DNA from: an uncultured delta proteobacterium
GTDB lineage: Bacteria; Myxococcota_A; Polyangia; Polyangiales; Polyangiaceae
Length of the DNA stretch: 64,000 nucleotides
Direction of reading: 5' to 3'
Assembly: GCA_963841435.1 (NCBI GenBank)
Contig: CAWJCS010000003.1
Span: forward strand, 1,376,001 to 1,440,000
Shown: positions 31,376 to 41,657 of the stretch, in pieces
How the letters are laid out: every line of letters begins with the position of its first letter
Position numbering within the stretch: position 1 is the stretch's first letter
The notes under the pieces: model-generated
Seen by the model: the letters and a program-made list of their open reading frames with translations, nothing else
Told to the model about the DNA's origin: nothing
Databases searched by the model: none
Program-made: the position numbers and the translations under genes

Positions 31376-31627
31376 GATGGACCTCTGGCGTTCGGCCTAG
31401 GAAGTCCGGGAGCGAGGTTGGGTCGGCGCAATGACGACACCGCGTCGGTCACGGTTGGTGAGCCGAGGGCTTGGCTCGGCCCCCTCCGCATTGATATCTG
31501 CGAGGCCCCTGCGAGATCAACATCAATGATTTCCTTGTAAACCCGCAGGCTGGACCCGTTCCGATTTCGCAACGGTTCACCCCTTCCTTGGCCGCCGCGT
31601 TCCTCTTCCATGAGGATCAGCCCCGCA

Positions 31628-32242
31628 ATGCCGCGCGGAAACTGGGTGGTCACCCCGAACAAGTTCCTGGACGCTCAGCAGGTCGCTGCCCTGCGCGGGA
31701 CCATGGACACGCAGCGGCCCAAGGGCGACCGCTACGACGTAAGGAACGCTGCGATCATCGAGACGCTGCTCGGTACCGGTCTCCGAGTCAGCGAGCTGTG
31801 TGCGCTGGTGGTCGGGGATCTCTACCTCGATCGTGGAGCCGCCCAGGTGCTCGTGCGCCGTGGCAAGGGTGGCAAGACCCGTCTCGTGGCCATCAGCGTC
31901 GGCCTCGCGGAGTACCTCTCGAAGTTCATCAAGGGGAAAGCCGAGATGGGCGAACCAGTCGAGCCGAACAGCCCGCTCTTTGTGAGCGAGCGCGGGTGCA
32001 GACTCCACCGGTCAGCCGTGCATCGGATCTGGAAGGCCGCCCTGAAGCTCGTAGGCCTCCCGCTACACCACGGCGTTCACGCGACCCGGCACTCCTACGC
32101 CGTCGAGGTATACCGGAGGACGAGAGACCTTCGGCTCACGCAACGGTTGCTCGGCCATTCGAGTCCGAACACGACGCAGGTCTACGCAAGCCTGCTCGAC
32201 GAGGATGTGAGGCGAGGGGTGGAGGCGATCTGGGCGGCGTAG
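31628..32242 (+). CDS. Small tyrosine recombinase (catalytic domain only)
   Basis: TGLRVSEL, GKGGK, HATRHS, LLGHSS, TQVY; RBS GAGGA. Confidence 0.9.
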   Translation: MPRGNWVVTPNKFLDAQQVAALRGTMDTQRPKGDRYDVRNAAIIETLLGTGLRVSELCALVVGDLYLDRGAAQVLVRRGKGGKTRLVAISVGLAEYLSKFIKGKAEMGEPVEPNSPLFVSERGCRLHRSAVHRIWKAALKLVGLPLHHGVHATRHSYAVEVYRRTRDLRLTQRLLGHSSPNTTQVYASLLDEDVRRGVEAIWAA

Positions 32243-32254
32243 TAGAGCGCCCCG

Positions 32255-33052
32255 CTATTTGGGGCCATTGATGTGCATCATGATCGAGCGACGGTAGACG
32301 AGGCCGGGATCGATCTTGCGTGCGATCCTCGCGATCCGCGCCTTCCATTCCGAATGCTCGGCCCGTGCGACTCGGTCGGCCACGCAGAGGAGGTAGCCAA
32401 CCATGTCGGCGAGCTGGAGCAGCGGGGAGCGGGCGCTGTCAGAGAAGGCGGGCTCGCCCAGATTGCGCAGGTTCGTCTTGTACTCGACCCAGGGGACGGG
32501 CTTGGCCTCTGAGGCAACCCGACCCCACTGGGTGATGTGACCACCGAACATGAAGGCGTCGTACGCATGCCGATCCACCGGTTGCAGGTTCCTCCTCAGC
32601 GCTTGTTGCTGAGGCGGCACACCGTCGAACACCGGGAAGACCAGGCCTTCTTCGGGCAGGCGCAGCGCTTCCACGACCTCACGGAAGTTATGGCTGTACA
32701 GCTTGTCGCCGGGATCCATGTTCGCCTTGGTGAAGTGCTCCCGGATCTTCTTGGCCCCTGAGTGCCCAACCCTGACGATTTCGAGGCGTTCCGCGTTCAC
32801 CAAGGCCACGATCTTCTCGAAGACCTTGAAGCGATGGTCATCCGTGACACCGCCAACGTCTCGGAGCAGATCGACGGCGTGCAGCTCGACGGCCGCCGGA
32901 TGCTCGTGGCCGGCTTCGATGAGTGCCTCCTGGGCGATGCGGAGGACTGCATCGCGAACATCCGCGTACTGCTCAGCGGGGACGAAGACACCCGTCAACC
33001 ACGCAGTGTCGAGGTCTACGGACTCGTCGAGGAAGAGAAAGGTGACGTCCAT
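32255..33052 (-). CDS. DUF3800-family protein
   Basis: FLFLDES N-terminus, ELHA, C-terminal SPLLQLADMVGY. Confidence 0.75.
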   Translation of the reverse strand: MDVTFLFLDESVDLDTAWLTGVFVPAEQYADVRDAVLRIAQEALIEAGHEHPAAVELHAVDLLRDVGGVTDDHRFKVFEKIVALVNAERLEIVRVGHSGAKKIREHFTKANMDPGDKLYSHNFREVVEALRLPEEGLVFPVFDGVPPQQQALRRNLQPVDRHAYDAFMFGGHITQWGRVASEAKPVPWVEYKTNLRNLGEPAFSDSARSPLLQLADMVGYLLCVADRVARAEHSEWKARIARIARKIDPGLVYRRSIMMHINGPK

Positions 33053-33224
33053 CTCCGCTACGTACCTCTCGCTGGCCCGCTGCCAAGTCGGCCGGGAAGC
33101 CTCGTCCCGTCTGATGAGTCATCGCCTTGCGGTCTTCCCCATCCTTGCGGTTTCTGACCGGTGCTGAGGTCGACGGGCCCACCGGTGCTGGCGTCATAAT
33201 TCGGAGGAGATCAAGCTACCCATC

Positions 33225-33641
33225 ATGGAAGGCATTTTCGATCGACCCGTCCTCGGAGCTGATGTGGATGAATGGGACTTCACGCCCGACTACGAGCGCT
33301 TCGAGGAACGGATGGTGCAAGACCTCACGGAGGAGTTCACCCCGACTGGTTATCGTTGCCTGAAGCGCCGCTTGTTCGAATTCGACGACGGGGTGGAGAT
33401 TTGTCCCGACGCGGTGGTGGTCGTCAACGCGACCACGGGATCGGAAGTTGAATGTGTTGCTGATGCCAAGCTTCGAAAGGAGCTGAGAAAGCAGCACATC
33501 GATAAGATGATCACCTACAAGACCCGCCTCAGCGCCGGAGAAGCGCGAATATACGTTCCGTCGTCCTGCCGGGTTCCACGTTCGGTGCATCACTACGCGA
33601 ACGAGAACGGTATCGTCATTCGCGACGATCTCGTCCCGTAG
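33225..33641 (+). CDS. PD-(D/E)XK nuclease, Mrr-like restriction endonuclease fold
   Basis: YERFEERM...CPDAVV...VADAK. Confidence 0.6.
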   Translation: MEGIFDRPVLGADVDEWDFTPDYERFEERMVQDLTEEFTPTGYRCLKRRLFEFDDGVEICPDAVVVVNATTGSEVECVADAKLRKELRKQHIDKMITYKTRLSAGEARIYVPSSCRVPRSVHHYANENGIVIRDDLVP

Positions 33642-33686
33642 TCCGTAGAGGTGCGCAACGCCTGCTCCCTGCACGTCCCGGACCCC

Positions 33687-34465
33687 CTACTTGGTCGAGT
33701 CGCCGCCTGCATCCCACGGTTCGAAGGGACGCTTTCGCGAAAACACCTCACCCGAGTCCAGGTCGAAGATCGCTCGGACCTTGTCGCGGACCTGTTCAAA
33801 CCGGTTCTCGGCCTGCGCACCAGAAGCTCGCTTCTTCTTGTCATCGGCCTCTTGCCTCGCCTTGATCCTTGTCCGGGCGTACTCGCCGACGATTCCGAGA
33901 ATGACGTCGGGCAGCGGCAGCGCCGGATCTTCTCCCTTCCTCGCCCGGCACACGGTAGGGGCTTCCACGGGGCGCCGCGACTTCGCGTTGGCGAGCTGCT
34001 CGTAGGCGACCGAGACCGTCCCCGACAAGCTCGCGCGGTCGATCTTGCTGTTCTCCTCCGCCAGGACCTCGATGGCGCAACGGTCGTAGCGGACAAGGCG
34101 GCCCTGAACGAGCTTGAACAGGAGGTGCCGGTAGGTCGCTTGGTAGGTGGCCTTGCTTTGGTCGGCGAGTGACGCGAAGGCGACGAAGCACCGGAACGGC
34201 AGAGCGCGAACTCGCTCCGTAAGCTTGCTCCGGTCATCGGGCACCAGCTCGTTCCAATGCAAGCCCTTCCTCGAAAGGGTCGTCTTATCGGTGGCCCCAT
34301 AGGGATCGTTGCCCAAGGTCTTCAGGAGGCCGTCGAGGCTTGCTCGCACAACGTCAACGTCCTCGACTACGGCGAGGGCGAGGAGCATGACTGGTCCGAC
34401 CCGACCCTCAACGACCGACTCGTCGACGAGGAACAGGACCTTCCGGGCGAGGGGGGCCCCCTGAC
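33687..34465 (-). pseudogene. C-terminal DUF3800-like domain of a gene cut off by IS630
   Basis: KVLFLVDES..GLHW..LPLPDVILG; no start codon between the IS end and the domain. Confidence 0.6.
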
Positions 34466-35365
34466 TACAGCAGTTTTCAATGAGATGGATCACGGAGAGG
34501 GGTATCCGCAGTGGCCGAACCATCCGGCGGAGTCGGCCGGCGTGATCGCGTGAAGCGCATCGGCGACGGCGCAGACCAGTCGTCGCCACGTGCGGACACC
34601 AAGGCGACGCAGGAGCGCTTTCGCCTTCGACCAGGCCAGTTCGATCGGGTTGAGGTCGGGAGAGTAGGGTGGCAGGAACTCGAGCCGCGCGCCGGTGCAC
34701 TCGACAGCGAGGCGCACCTCGAAGTCGGTGTGAATGCCCAGGTTGTCCCAGATGGACGATGTCTCCCGGCTTCAGGAGCGGGACAAGGAACTCCCGAGCC
34801 CAGACGCGCATCGCCTCGGTGTTCATCGCGCCGGGCAGCAACAACGGTGCATGCACGCCGTCGAGCGACAGCGCGGCGATCAGCGAGAAGTTCTCCCAGC
34901 GCCTGCCCGGAACGTGGTCAACGAGCCGCTCGCCGCGCGGAGCCCAACCGTTTGCCCGCGTGAGCGCGAGGTTGACCCCACTCTCGTCCACGAACCAAAG
35001 GCGTCTCTTGCGCCAGCGCTGCCGACGCTTGCAGAATACCTCCCGGGCGCAGACTACGTCCGGCCGCTCGCGCTCCGAGGCCTGGAGGGACTTTTTTTTC
35101 GAGTCAGGCCGAGCCGGCGCAGGCTCCGCCACATCGTCGTCTCGCTGACCGCGACGGCGGTCTGCTTCGCCAGCAACTCCGACAGCTCCACGAGGGAAGC
35201 GTCCGGCCGCTTCGCAGCGAGCTTTCGTAGCCGTCGCTCCGTCGCCCCCTTCACAAAGCGCTCCTTGCCCGGGGCCTTTCCCGGTGCCGGATCCCCCGTT
35301 TCCCGAACCTGGATCCGAAGCTTCCGAACGAAGCTCGCGCTCACCGCGAACCTCCGTCCCACCCG
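34466..35365 (-). mobile_element. Partial IS630-family element (5' end missing)
   Basis: HTH..LGLTRKK with A8 slippery run at 35092-35099, WFVDESG, FLPPYSPDLNPIE; element end at TA 34466-34467; extra +1 shift near 34755. Confidence 0.85.
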
Positions 35366-35605
35366 CAACAGCGAAGCGAAACGTTCACTGACGAGCAGAC
35401 TATCCCCGGGCCCAAACGCAACGTCGCCAAATTCCGATCCCCACGTCTCGAGTTCCACTTGGTACGGCGGCTGCCATCTCAACATGCCAACGAATCGATT
35501 GCATGCAGGGCATCGTGGCGCGTCTCCCACGTTGTGCGGTTCCGTCGGTAGAAAATCCGTCGTTGCGGCTCCGACAGGTCCCGGGTTCTGCAGCAGATAG
35601 ATCAC
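35366..35605 (-). pseudogene. Truncated immunity-type protein (Imm11/double-CXXCG-like) fused to the IS630 remnant
   Basis: GDAPRCPACNRFVGMLRWQPPYQVELETWGSEFGDVAFGPGDSLLVSERF, then the sequence becomes transposase. Confidence 0.55.
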
Positions 35606-35735
35606 GGCAGCCCCCCCGGAAAGCGCTGCAGCATCTCGGGCCGTTGATAAGCGGAGTGTAGATACGACTCGAATTGTGCTGGCGTCGCATTCGGATTTGC
35701 TCGTATCCATCCAGATACTTCGGCGTCGAGCGCTC
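35602..35735 (-). pseudogene. Orphan C-terminal tip of a polymorphic toxin
   Basis: Startless frame RALDAEVSGWIRANPNATPAQFESYLHSAYQRPEMLQRFPGGLP*; its TGA overlaps the GTG of the next gene. Confidence 0.5.
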
Positions 35736-35760
35736 GGGACGGCCGTCGCACAAGCCAAGT

Positions 35761-36255
35761 TTACCACCACTCCTCCCTCTCCAGAAGCGCGCAGAATTGC
35801 CCCGCAATGCGCTCCATTTCTCGCCGCCGCAGGAAGCACTCGTGCAGGTGGTCGCTGCCAGATTCGCGCCAGAGACACCGCTCCGCGCCTTGTTCGTCCG
35901 TGAGGAGTAGGATGTCATAGCGATCGAAAGCCGACATTCCGACGTGCGAAATATGAAACCGGTCGTAGGCGTCGGCAATCGCAGGAAGTCGAGGATCCCT
36001 GTTCATCACCGGATCGTAGATGCGGGCGAATACTTCCTTTGCAGAAAGGGCGAACAGCCCCGGCTCGAACCTGATGCGCGGAACGCTCTCAAAGTCTCTC
36101 AGCCAGCGATGACACCCACGGAGGTCTACCGAGTCATGCCAATTCCCCAGTGCGTGACCACACAGCCAGAAGCGAAGGTGCCCGAGCACCCATTCATCGA
36201 CGCGCTCGTCGATTTCGCATTCGATGGCAAACCTCTGAGGATTACCTTCTATCAT
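35761..36255 (-). CDS. Imm42-like immunity protein
   Basis: MIEGNPQRFAIE...LGHLRFWLCGHALG...SAFDRYDILLL pattern. Confidence 0.6.
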   Translation of the reverse strand: MIEGNPQRFAIECEIDERVDEWVLGHLRFWLCGHALGNWHDSVDLRGCHRWLRDFESVPRIRFEPGLFALSAKEVFARIYDPVMNRDPRLPAIADAYDRFHISHVGMSAFDRYDILLLTDEQGAERCLWRESGSDHLHECFLRRREMERIAGQFCALLEREEWW

Positions 36256-36262
36256 AGCCCAT

Positions 36263-37024
36263 TCAACCTATCAACGGCGGCTGCTCCCAGTCGAAAAGAT
36301 CCAACGTAAACACGATCCCAAACCTATCGGCATCGAGTTCAAGCCAATGTAGCGCCCGTGCGTCGTCGCTCGAACTGCTCACCTTGGCTGTCTCGTAGAG
36401 CGCGACTCGGCGCGGCGGACCAAAGAAATCAAGGTGGCCTCGAACAACGTGCGCCAATTCGTGATGAAGAAAGAAGGACACGGCCGCACCGAACACATCC
36501 TCGAAGAGGCAACGTCGGATGCAAGGTCTGGCGTCCTGCACCGACGGCGGTTGCGCGACTGCCTCGATGCCAGCGCCGGCCCGACCGGTTTTGCGTAGGT
36601 TCTCGCCAACTCTTCTAAGGCGTGTTGCTGCCGAGGCAGCCTCGTCCGCCGGCACCTCCAGCTCGGGCCAGACATCCGCACACATGATCGCCGCGTGGCA
36701 AAGCGTCGCAAGAGCGGGCAGAGCGCCCGCGAACACCCCGATGAAATTGCGCGCACCTTCGGCGAAGGCAACCGCATTGACGGTATCGTTGTCAACGAAG
36801 TCGAAGTAGATCGATTTGTAAGCCGCGCGCAGACGTGGGTCGGGAACCTCACGCTCGCCCGACAACCGCGCCATCATCAGCCCTTGGAAATTGTCTCCCC
36901 ACTGCTCGCGGCGACTGTTGGGAAGGCGTCCGCCGTCCCCCCGCGTTAGACGATGGAATTCGTCTGGGCTCACGTCGCGACGGTCGAATGCGGTTCGAAG
37001 GAGTCGTACCCAGCGACCAATCAC
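36263..37024 (-). CDS. Lit-like (peptidase U49) zinc metalloprotease, probably C-terminally truncated
   Basis: DFVDNDTVNAVA, FFLHHELAHVVRGH (HExxH), ELDAD. Confidence 0.6.
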   Translation of the reverse strand: MIGRWVRLLRTAFDRRDVSPDEFHRLTRGDGGRLPNSRREQWGDNFQGLMMARLSGEREVPDPRLRAAYKSIYFDFVDNDTVNAVAFAEGARNFIGVFAGALPALATLCHAAIMCADVWPELEVPADEAASAATRLRRVGENLRKTGRAGAGIEAVAQPPSVQDARPCIRRCLFEDVFGAAVSFFLHHELAHVVRGHLDFFGPPRRVALYETAKVSSSSDDARALHWLELDADRFGIVFTLDLFDWEQPPLIG

Positions 37025-37356
37025 GACGTGGCCCTCGTCGAGGTCTTGCTCACGTGTTCACGAAGGCTTGATAGCGCCAAAGGCGATAGTCACGAACATC
37101 AGTGCCAGGGAACCAACGTATGAATTGTGCGCAAACCAATCCCAGCTTGCAACAGGTGCGCCGCCGACCGCGAACACCCAGACCGGGAAGGCGATTGCTG
37201 CCAGTACAAGCTGCATTGCAACGGGCCTCTTCCCTTCCCGATCGGCGACGACGGCCAGGTAGACGGGGACGAAGGCCCAAACGGTGATTGCAACAGCCCA
37301 AAGTACCCACGACGCTGCACTCGCGGGCACGATCGCGCGTGCGGACAGGTATAGAC

Positions 37357-38871
37357 GTACCCGTTCACCGGGTCCGCGGGAGTCAGCTGAGGAGTTGAGG
37401 GGCAGGCTGGTTGCGTAGCATGGCAGTGCAGGCGTCGGTGAGGAACGAGAGGACGTGACGCTTCTGTTTTCGGAGGGTGTGGACGGTGGTCATGACGCGC
37501 TCGGCGAAGCGCTCGCCGCGGTCGCTCTGGGATCCGAAGCAGCGTTTTCGCCACAGGACGAAAGCCCTGAGCTCGCGCTCGGCGTGGTTGTTGGTTGGCT
37601 CGACGCCGGGCACGTGGACGAAGGTCCAAAGTGCTGCGCGGTGCTCGAGGATGTCGGAAAGGCTCCCGCTGACGCCGCGCACGCCAAGGGAAGCCCCGCG
37701 CGCGAGCAGATCTTCGACATGCGGCTGGAGCGCCGCCATCTTGCGCTGGAAGTCGGGGCGGCTGAGGGTCCCGTCGCGGATGCGATGCCACTCGTGAAAA
37801 AGGACCTGGGTCAGAAGCACGAGGCCGGTGCCGATCTCGGCGACCGGCCCTTGGGAGTTTTCGGAGAACTCGACGAATTTTCGATGCAGGTGCGCCCAGC
37901 AGATCTGCCGCCGCCCCATGGCCCAGAATCCGAACTGGGTGCCGCGGTCGCTGACCAGGATCCCGCGTGCTCCGCGCAGGAAGCGCTTGATCGTGTCGAG
38001 CGTCGCGTCCTTGCTGATCGAGAACACCGTCGAGAGCTCGGTCGCGATGGTCCAGAGCGCTCGGTACTTGCCCGCACGGCGCCAGGTTGTGCCGTCCACG
38101 TGCTTGACGGGCTGGCTGACAGCGTGAGCGTGAGCGTGCTGCACGGGTTTTTCCAGGGCGCGACTCACGCGTCCTTCGAGCTCGCTCAGTGCCCCGAGCG
38201 AGATGCAGACGCCGAGCATGTCGCCGAGGAGGCTGCGTGCTTGCCGGCGGCTCAAGTGAAAGAAGCCGGTCAGGAGCGCCACGAACGCCATCAGCCGAGG
38301 GCCGCACATCCCCGCCGGCACGCCCAGCGGCAGCGTCGCGCGGCTTGCCCGCCCACAGCGTCCGCAGCAAACGGCGTGCAGCCGATGCTCGGTCACGTCG
38401 GGCTCGATCGCTGGCAACTCGAGAACCTGGTGGATCAGCGGATTCTCGTCCTCTCGACGAGGCAGCTTGTTGCCGCATCCCAGACACGCTGGCGGGAAGT
38501 GCTCTTCGGTCCGCGTCACCTTCTCCGGCGGCAAGAGCGCTCGCATCCGGGCCTTGTGTCCGGGCTGCCCGCCGGGCTTGCGCCCCGTCGGAGGCTTCTT
38601 CGCCCGCTCGTCCCGCTGAGCCGGGGTGTCCGCCGACGGTGGCTGGCTCGAGTTGCGCGACGAGCGCCCCATCAGCAACTCGAGATGAGCAATTCGCTTC
38701 CGAAGCTCGGCGTTTTCCGCTCGAAGCTCGCCGATCAGCTCGTCGCGCTCGTCCTGCGCCACGAACCGATTGGTGCCCTGAATCGCTGCCGATGGAAAGC
38801 CTCACGTGATCATGGAAGAAAATCGATCACTTACCCGACCCTCACACCGCACGACCCCGGTGAACGGGTAC
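37357..38871 (-). mobile_element. IS66-family element, single-ORF (ISBst12-type)
   Basis: IRs GTACCCGTTCACCGGG; 8-bp TSD GTATAGAC (37349-37356, 38872-38879). Confidence 0.93.
37383..38762 (-). CDS. IS66 transposase
   Basis: SRNSSQPPS, zinc ribbon, HVDGT, LVSDR, CWAHL, PTNNHAERELR. Confidence 0.93.
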   Translation of the reverse strand: MAQDERDELIGELRAENAELRKRIAHLELLMGRSSRNSSQPPSADTPAQRDERAKKPPTGRKPGGQPGHKARMRALLPPEKVTRTEEHFPPACLGCGNKLPRREDENPLIHQVLELPAIEPDVTEHRLHAVCCGRCGRASRATLPLGVPAGMCGPRLMAFVALLTGFFHLSRRQARSLLGDMLGVCISLGALSELEGRVSRALEKPVQHAHAHAVSQPVKHVDGTTWRRAGKYRALWTIATELSTVFSISKDATLDTIKRFLRGARGILVSDRGTQFGFWAMGRRQICWAHLHRKFVEFSENSQGPVAEIGTGLVLLTQVLFHEWHRIRDGTLSRPDFQRKMAALQPHVEDLLARGASLGVRGVSGSLSDILEHRAALWTFVHVPGVEPTNNHAERELRAFVLWRKRCFGSQSDRGERFAERVMTTVHTLRKQKRHVLSFLTDACTAMLRNQPAPQLLS

Positions 38872-39353
38872 GTATAGACCCACCATCTCCGCAGGAATGT
38901 ACTTTAGGAGGCGCTCAAAGAACGCCTCAGGACTTTGCGGAGTGGTCCCCGTCGATCCAGTTGGAGCGGCACCAAATCTCGTTGTGCTAGACGGAACAGC
39001 AATCGTTCGACTCATGAGTCCCTCGCAACATGATTATCCTTTGGTTGGGGCGAAAGGTCCAGCAAACGTTCTCCGGACGCGTAGGCCAGTCCTGCTCACA
39101 TTGCAACTGGTCAGAGCTTGGGCCAGAGGTCGCTGTATCACGTTGGAAACGGAACCAAACGACCAAACGATGTGACGCAGGTGGCGAGACGGAGGGCCAA
39201 GACATAGAGCGGTTCTATGCGGCGTGGCCTACCACGCGGGATGCTGCATGAGCCACCAGCGGCAGGCGCGCCTTTTGCTTAGTGCTTGCTCGCCGCTACC
39301 GTCGGACCGCGTCCATCTCACTTAACCGAGTGCGGTACGGTTTCAGATAGTAG

Positions 39354-41005
39354 CCCCCGGTCTCAGGATAGTTGCCGCCTCTCGTAGCTTAGGCGCGGGA
39401 GGATTTCCGATGGCACAGGGGGCACTCGGAAGCGGCAATGAAGTATTCGGAATCGTTCAAGGCGAAGATGGTGCAGAAGATGGCGAGAGGGCGGAGCGCG
39501 AGTTCGCTGTCCCCGGAGGTGGGGGTGAATCAGCCGACGCTATCGAGGTGGCTGCGTGATGCGGGTAGATTGCGGTTGGTGAAGCGACCGCAGGACGACA
39601 AGGACAGGGAAACCACGGCGAGGCGCCCGGACGAATGGAGCGCGGAGGAGAAGCTCCAGGCCGTGCTGGAAGCGAAAGGGCTGACAGAGAGCGAACTTGG
39701 AGAGTTTCTGCGGCGACGGGGGCTGCACGAGAAGCAGCTACGTGAATGGGAGGCTGCGGCGGTGGAGTCGCTGCGCGGGCACAAGGCGCGCGGCAAGTCT
39801 GCCGAGGCGAAGCGGGTGAAGGAGCTCGAGCGGGAGCTACGGCGCAAGGAGAAGGCGCTGGCGGAGACAGCAGCGCTCTTGGTGCTCCGAAAAAAAGCGG
39901 AAGCTCTGTGGGGGGACGAGGACGCCTCCACGGAGCCGAACAGCGACGACGAGTCCTCGAACTGATCACCGAAGCCGTGACCGCGGGAGCGCGCCAGCGG
40001 GCGGCCAGCCGCGAGCTCGGGCTGGATGCCCGCACGGTGCAACGATGGCGCGCAGGCGCCGACGAGGACCGCCGGTCGGGGCCGCGGCGTCATCCGCCGA
40101 GCGCCGTCAGCGAACAGCAACGGCGGCACGTCCTGGCGCTCTTGACGAGCCCGCGCTTCCGGGACCTGTCGCCGAGGCAGGTCGTGCCGACCCTCGCGGA
40201 CGAGGGAATTTACACGGTTTCGGAGGCCACGATGTACCGTCTCCTCCGAAGCGAGCGGTTGCTGACTCACCGAGCGAGCTCGCGACCGCGGACGCACCAC
40301 CGGCCGCCGGAGCTCGTGGCGGCGACCCCGAACACGGTGTGGTGTTGGGACATCACGTACTTGCGGGCGCCGGTGCGCGGCACCTTCTACTACCTGTACC
40401 TGCTCGAGGATCTCTACAGCCGTCGGATTGTCGGCTGGCAGGTGCTCGACTGCGAATCGGCGGAAGCCGCTGCATTGCTCGTCGAACGGACGTGCGCCGA
40501 GCTCAAGGTCGACTCGTCGAGGTTGCACCTGCACGCGGACAACGGCGGGCCCATGAAGGGAGCGACGATGCTGGCGACGCTCCAGCGACTGGGCGTCGTC
40601 GCGTCCTTCAGCAGACCGCGAGTGAGCGACGACAACCCATTTGCCGAGTCACTTTTTCGCACACTCAAGTACCGACCTGGCTTCCCAAGTCGGCCCTTCC
40701 GTGATATCGAGGAAGCACGTCAGTGGGTGAGCGGCTTCGTGCGCTGGTACAACGAACAGCATCTGCACTCGGCGCTGAACTTCGTCACGCCGAACGACCG
40801 CTATTTCGGCCGCGACGCGGCAATTCTCGCCGCCCGCCATCTCGTCTACCAGCGCGCGCGGGGCCGGCATCCGGAACGCTGGACCGGTGAAACTCGCAAC
40901 TGGTCGCCGGCACCAGCCGTCACCCTCAACCCGAACCAAGCGAGCAGCTCGTAGCGACGACACTCTCGATTCAGATCAAGCGGCAACTATCCTGAAACTC
41001 GCCGG
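39354..41005 (+). mobile_element. IS3-family element
   Basis: IR core TCAGGATAGTTGCCGC at both ends; flanking (G)TAG duplication; orfA/orfB with a slippery A-run. Confidence 0.88.
39438..40954 (+). CDS. IS3 transposase OrfA (39438-39965) / OrfB via programmed -1 frameshift
   Basis: A7G slippery site near 39890-39897; WCWDITY, HADNG, SDDNPFAES. Confidence 0.9.
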
Positions 41006-41306
41006 TAGTGCACGACGGCTTCCGACAAATCCTGGGTGTCAACTGGTTTCGAGCCCGTCGGGTCCAACGGGACCGTTTTGGCGGCGATGCCGTTGAACTT
41101 TGCATCAGGCATTGGCCTTAGAAAATCTAAGGCTCCGGCTGAGGCTACGCTCGATCTCATTCGGGGGCTCATGCCTGGCTCAGTCGCGTCAAGGATCGGA
41201 CCCCCGCTGGTGTCCGGCTGCGCCGGATGGTTAACGACGATTGCGCGTATCCGGAGCGCAGACCCCGTACTTCACGAGTTCGTGACGAGCGTGCAGGCTC
41301 GCGCGA

Positions 41307-41657
41307 ATGAAAGCGGAGACACAAGCCGTTTGGGCGGAGCGGGTCGAGGCATGGCGGGGGAGCGGGAAGACCGCTCCTGAGTTCGCGGCGGACAAGCCAT
41401 ACGCAGGCTCGACGTTGCAGTGGGCGGCATCGCGACTGCGGCGGTCGGGCGGCGGGGGTCGGAAACGACGAGTCGCGGGGGCGAGTCGGCACCCGGCGGC
41501 CGGCATCGAGTTGACGGAGGTCGTTCGGCGCCCGGGGCGAGGAGCAGTCGCCGAGGACATGGTGCTCGAGGTCGCAGGGGCACGCATCGCGGTGCGCCGC
41601 GGATTCGACGCGGCGCTGCTGCGAGACGTTGTTCAGGCTCTGCGGGGGGCGCGATGA
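41307..41657 (+). CDS. tnpA: IS66 accessory protein TnpA
   Basis: WAERVEAWRGSG HTH; IAVRRGFDAALL. Confidence 0.8.
   Translation: MKAETQAVWAERVEAWRGSGKTAPEFAADKPYAGSTLQWAASRLRRSGGGGRKRRVAGASRHPAAGIELTEVVRRPGRGAVAEDMVLEVAGARIAVRRGFDAALLRDVVQALRGAR

Larger units (their letters stand above)
37058..39015 (-). pseudogene. Small multi-pass membrane protein interrupted by IS66
   Basis: Removing the IS and one TSD gives MSRTIAV...FFERLLKYIPAEMVGLYLSARAIVP...GAIKPS* in frame. Confidence 0.75.

Noticed and set aside
33111-33170. CTGATGAG resembling a hammerhead ribozyme core upstream of DUF3800
   Set aside because: No downstream GAAA or stem II pairing found
33687-35132. 481-aa ORF as a true transposase-nuclease fusion
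   Set aside because: Read-through from a frameshifted IS630 across its end into a truncated neighbour
35054-35878. 274-aa ORF as a single protein
   Set aside because: Chimera of an immunity-gene 5' part and the IS630 HTH region created by deletion
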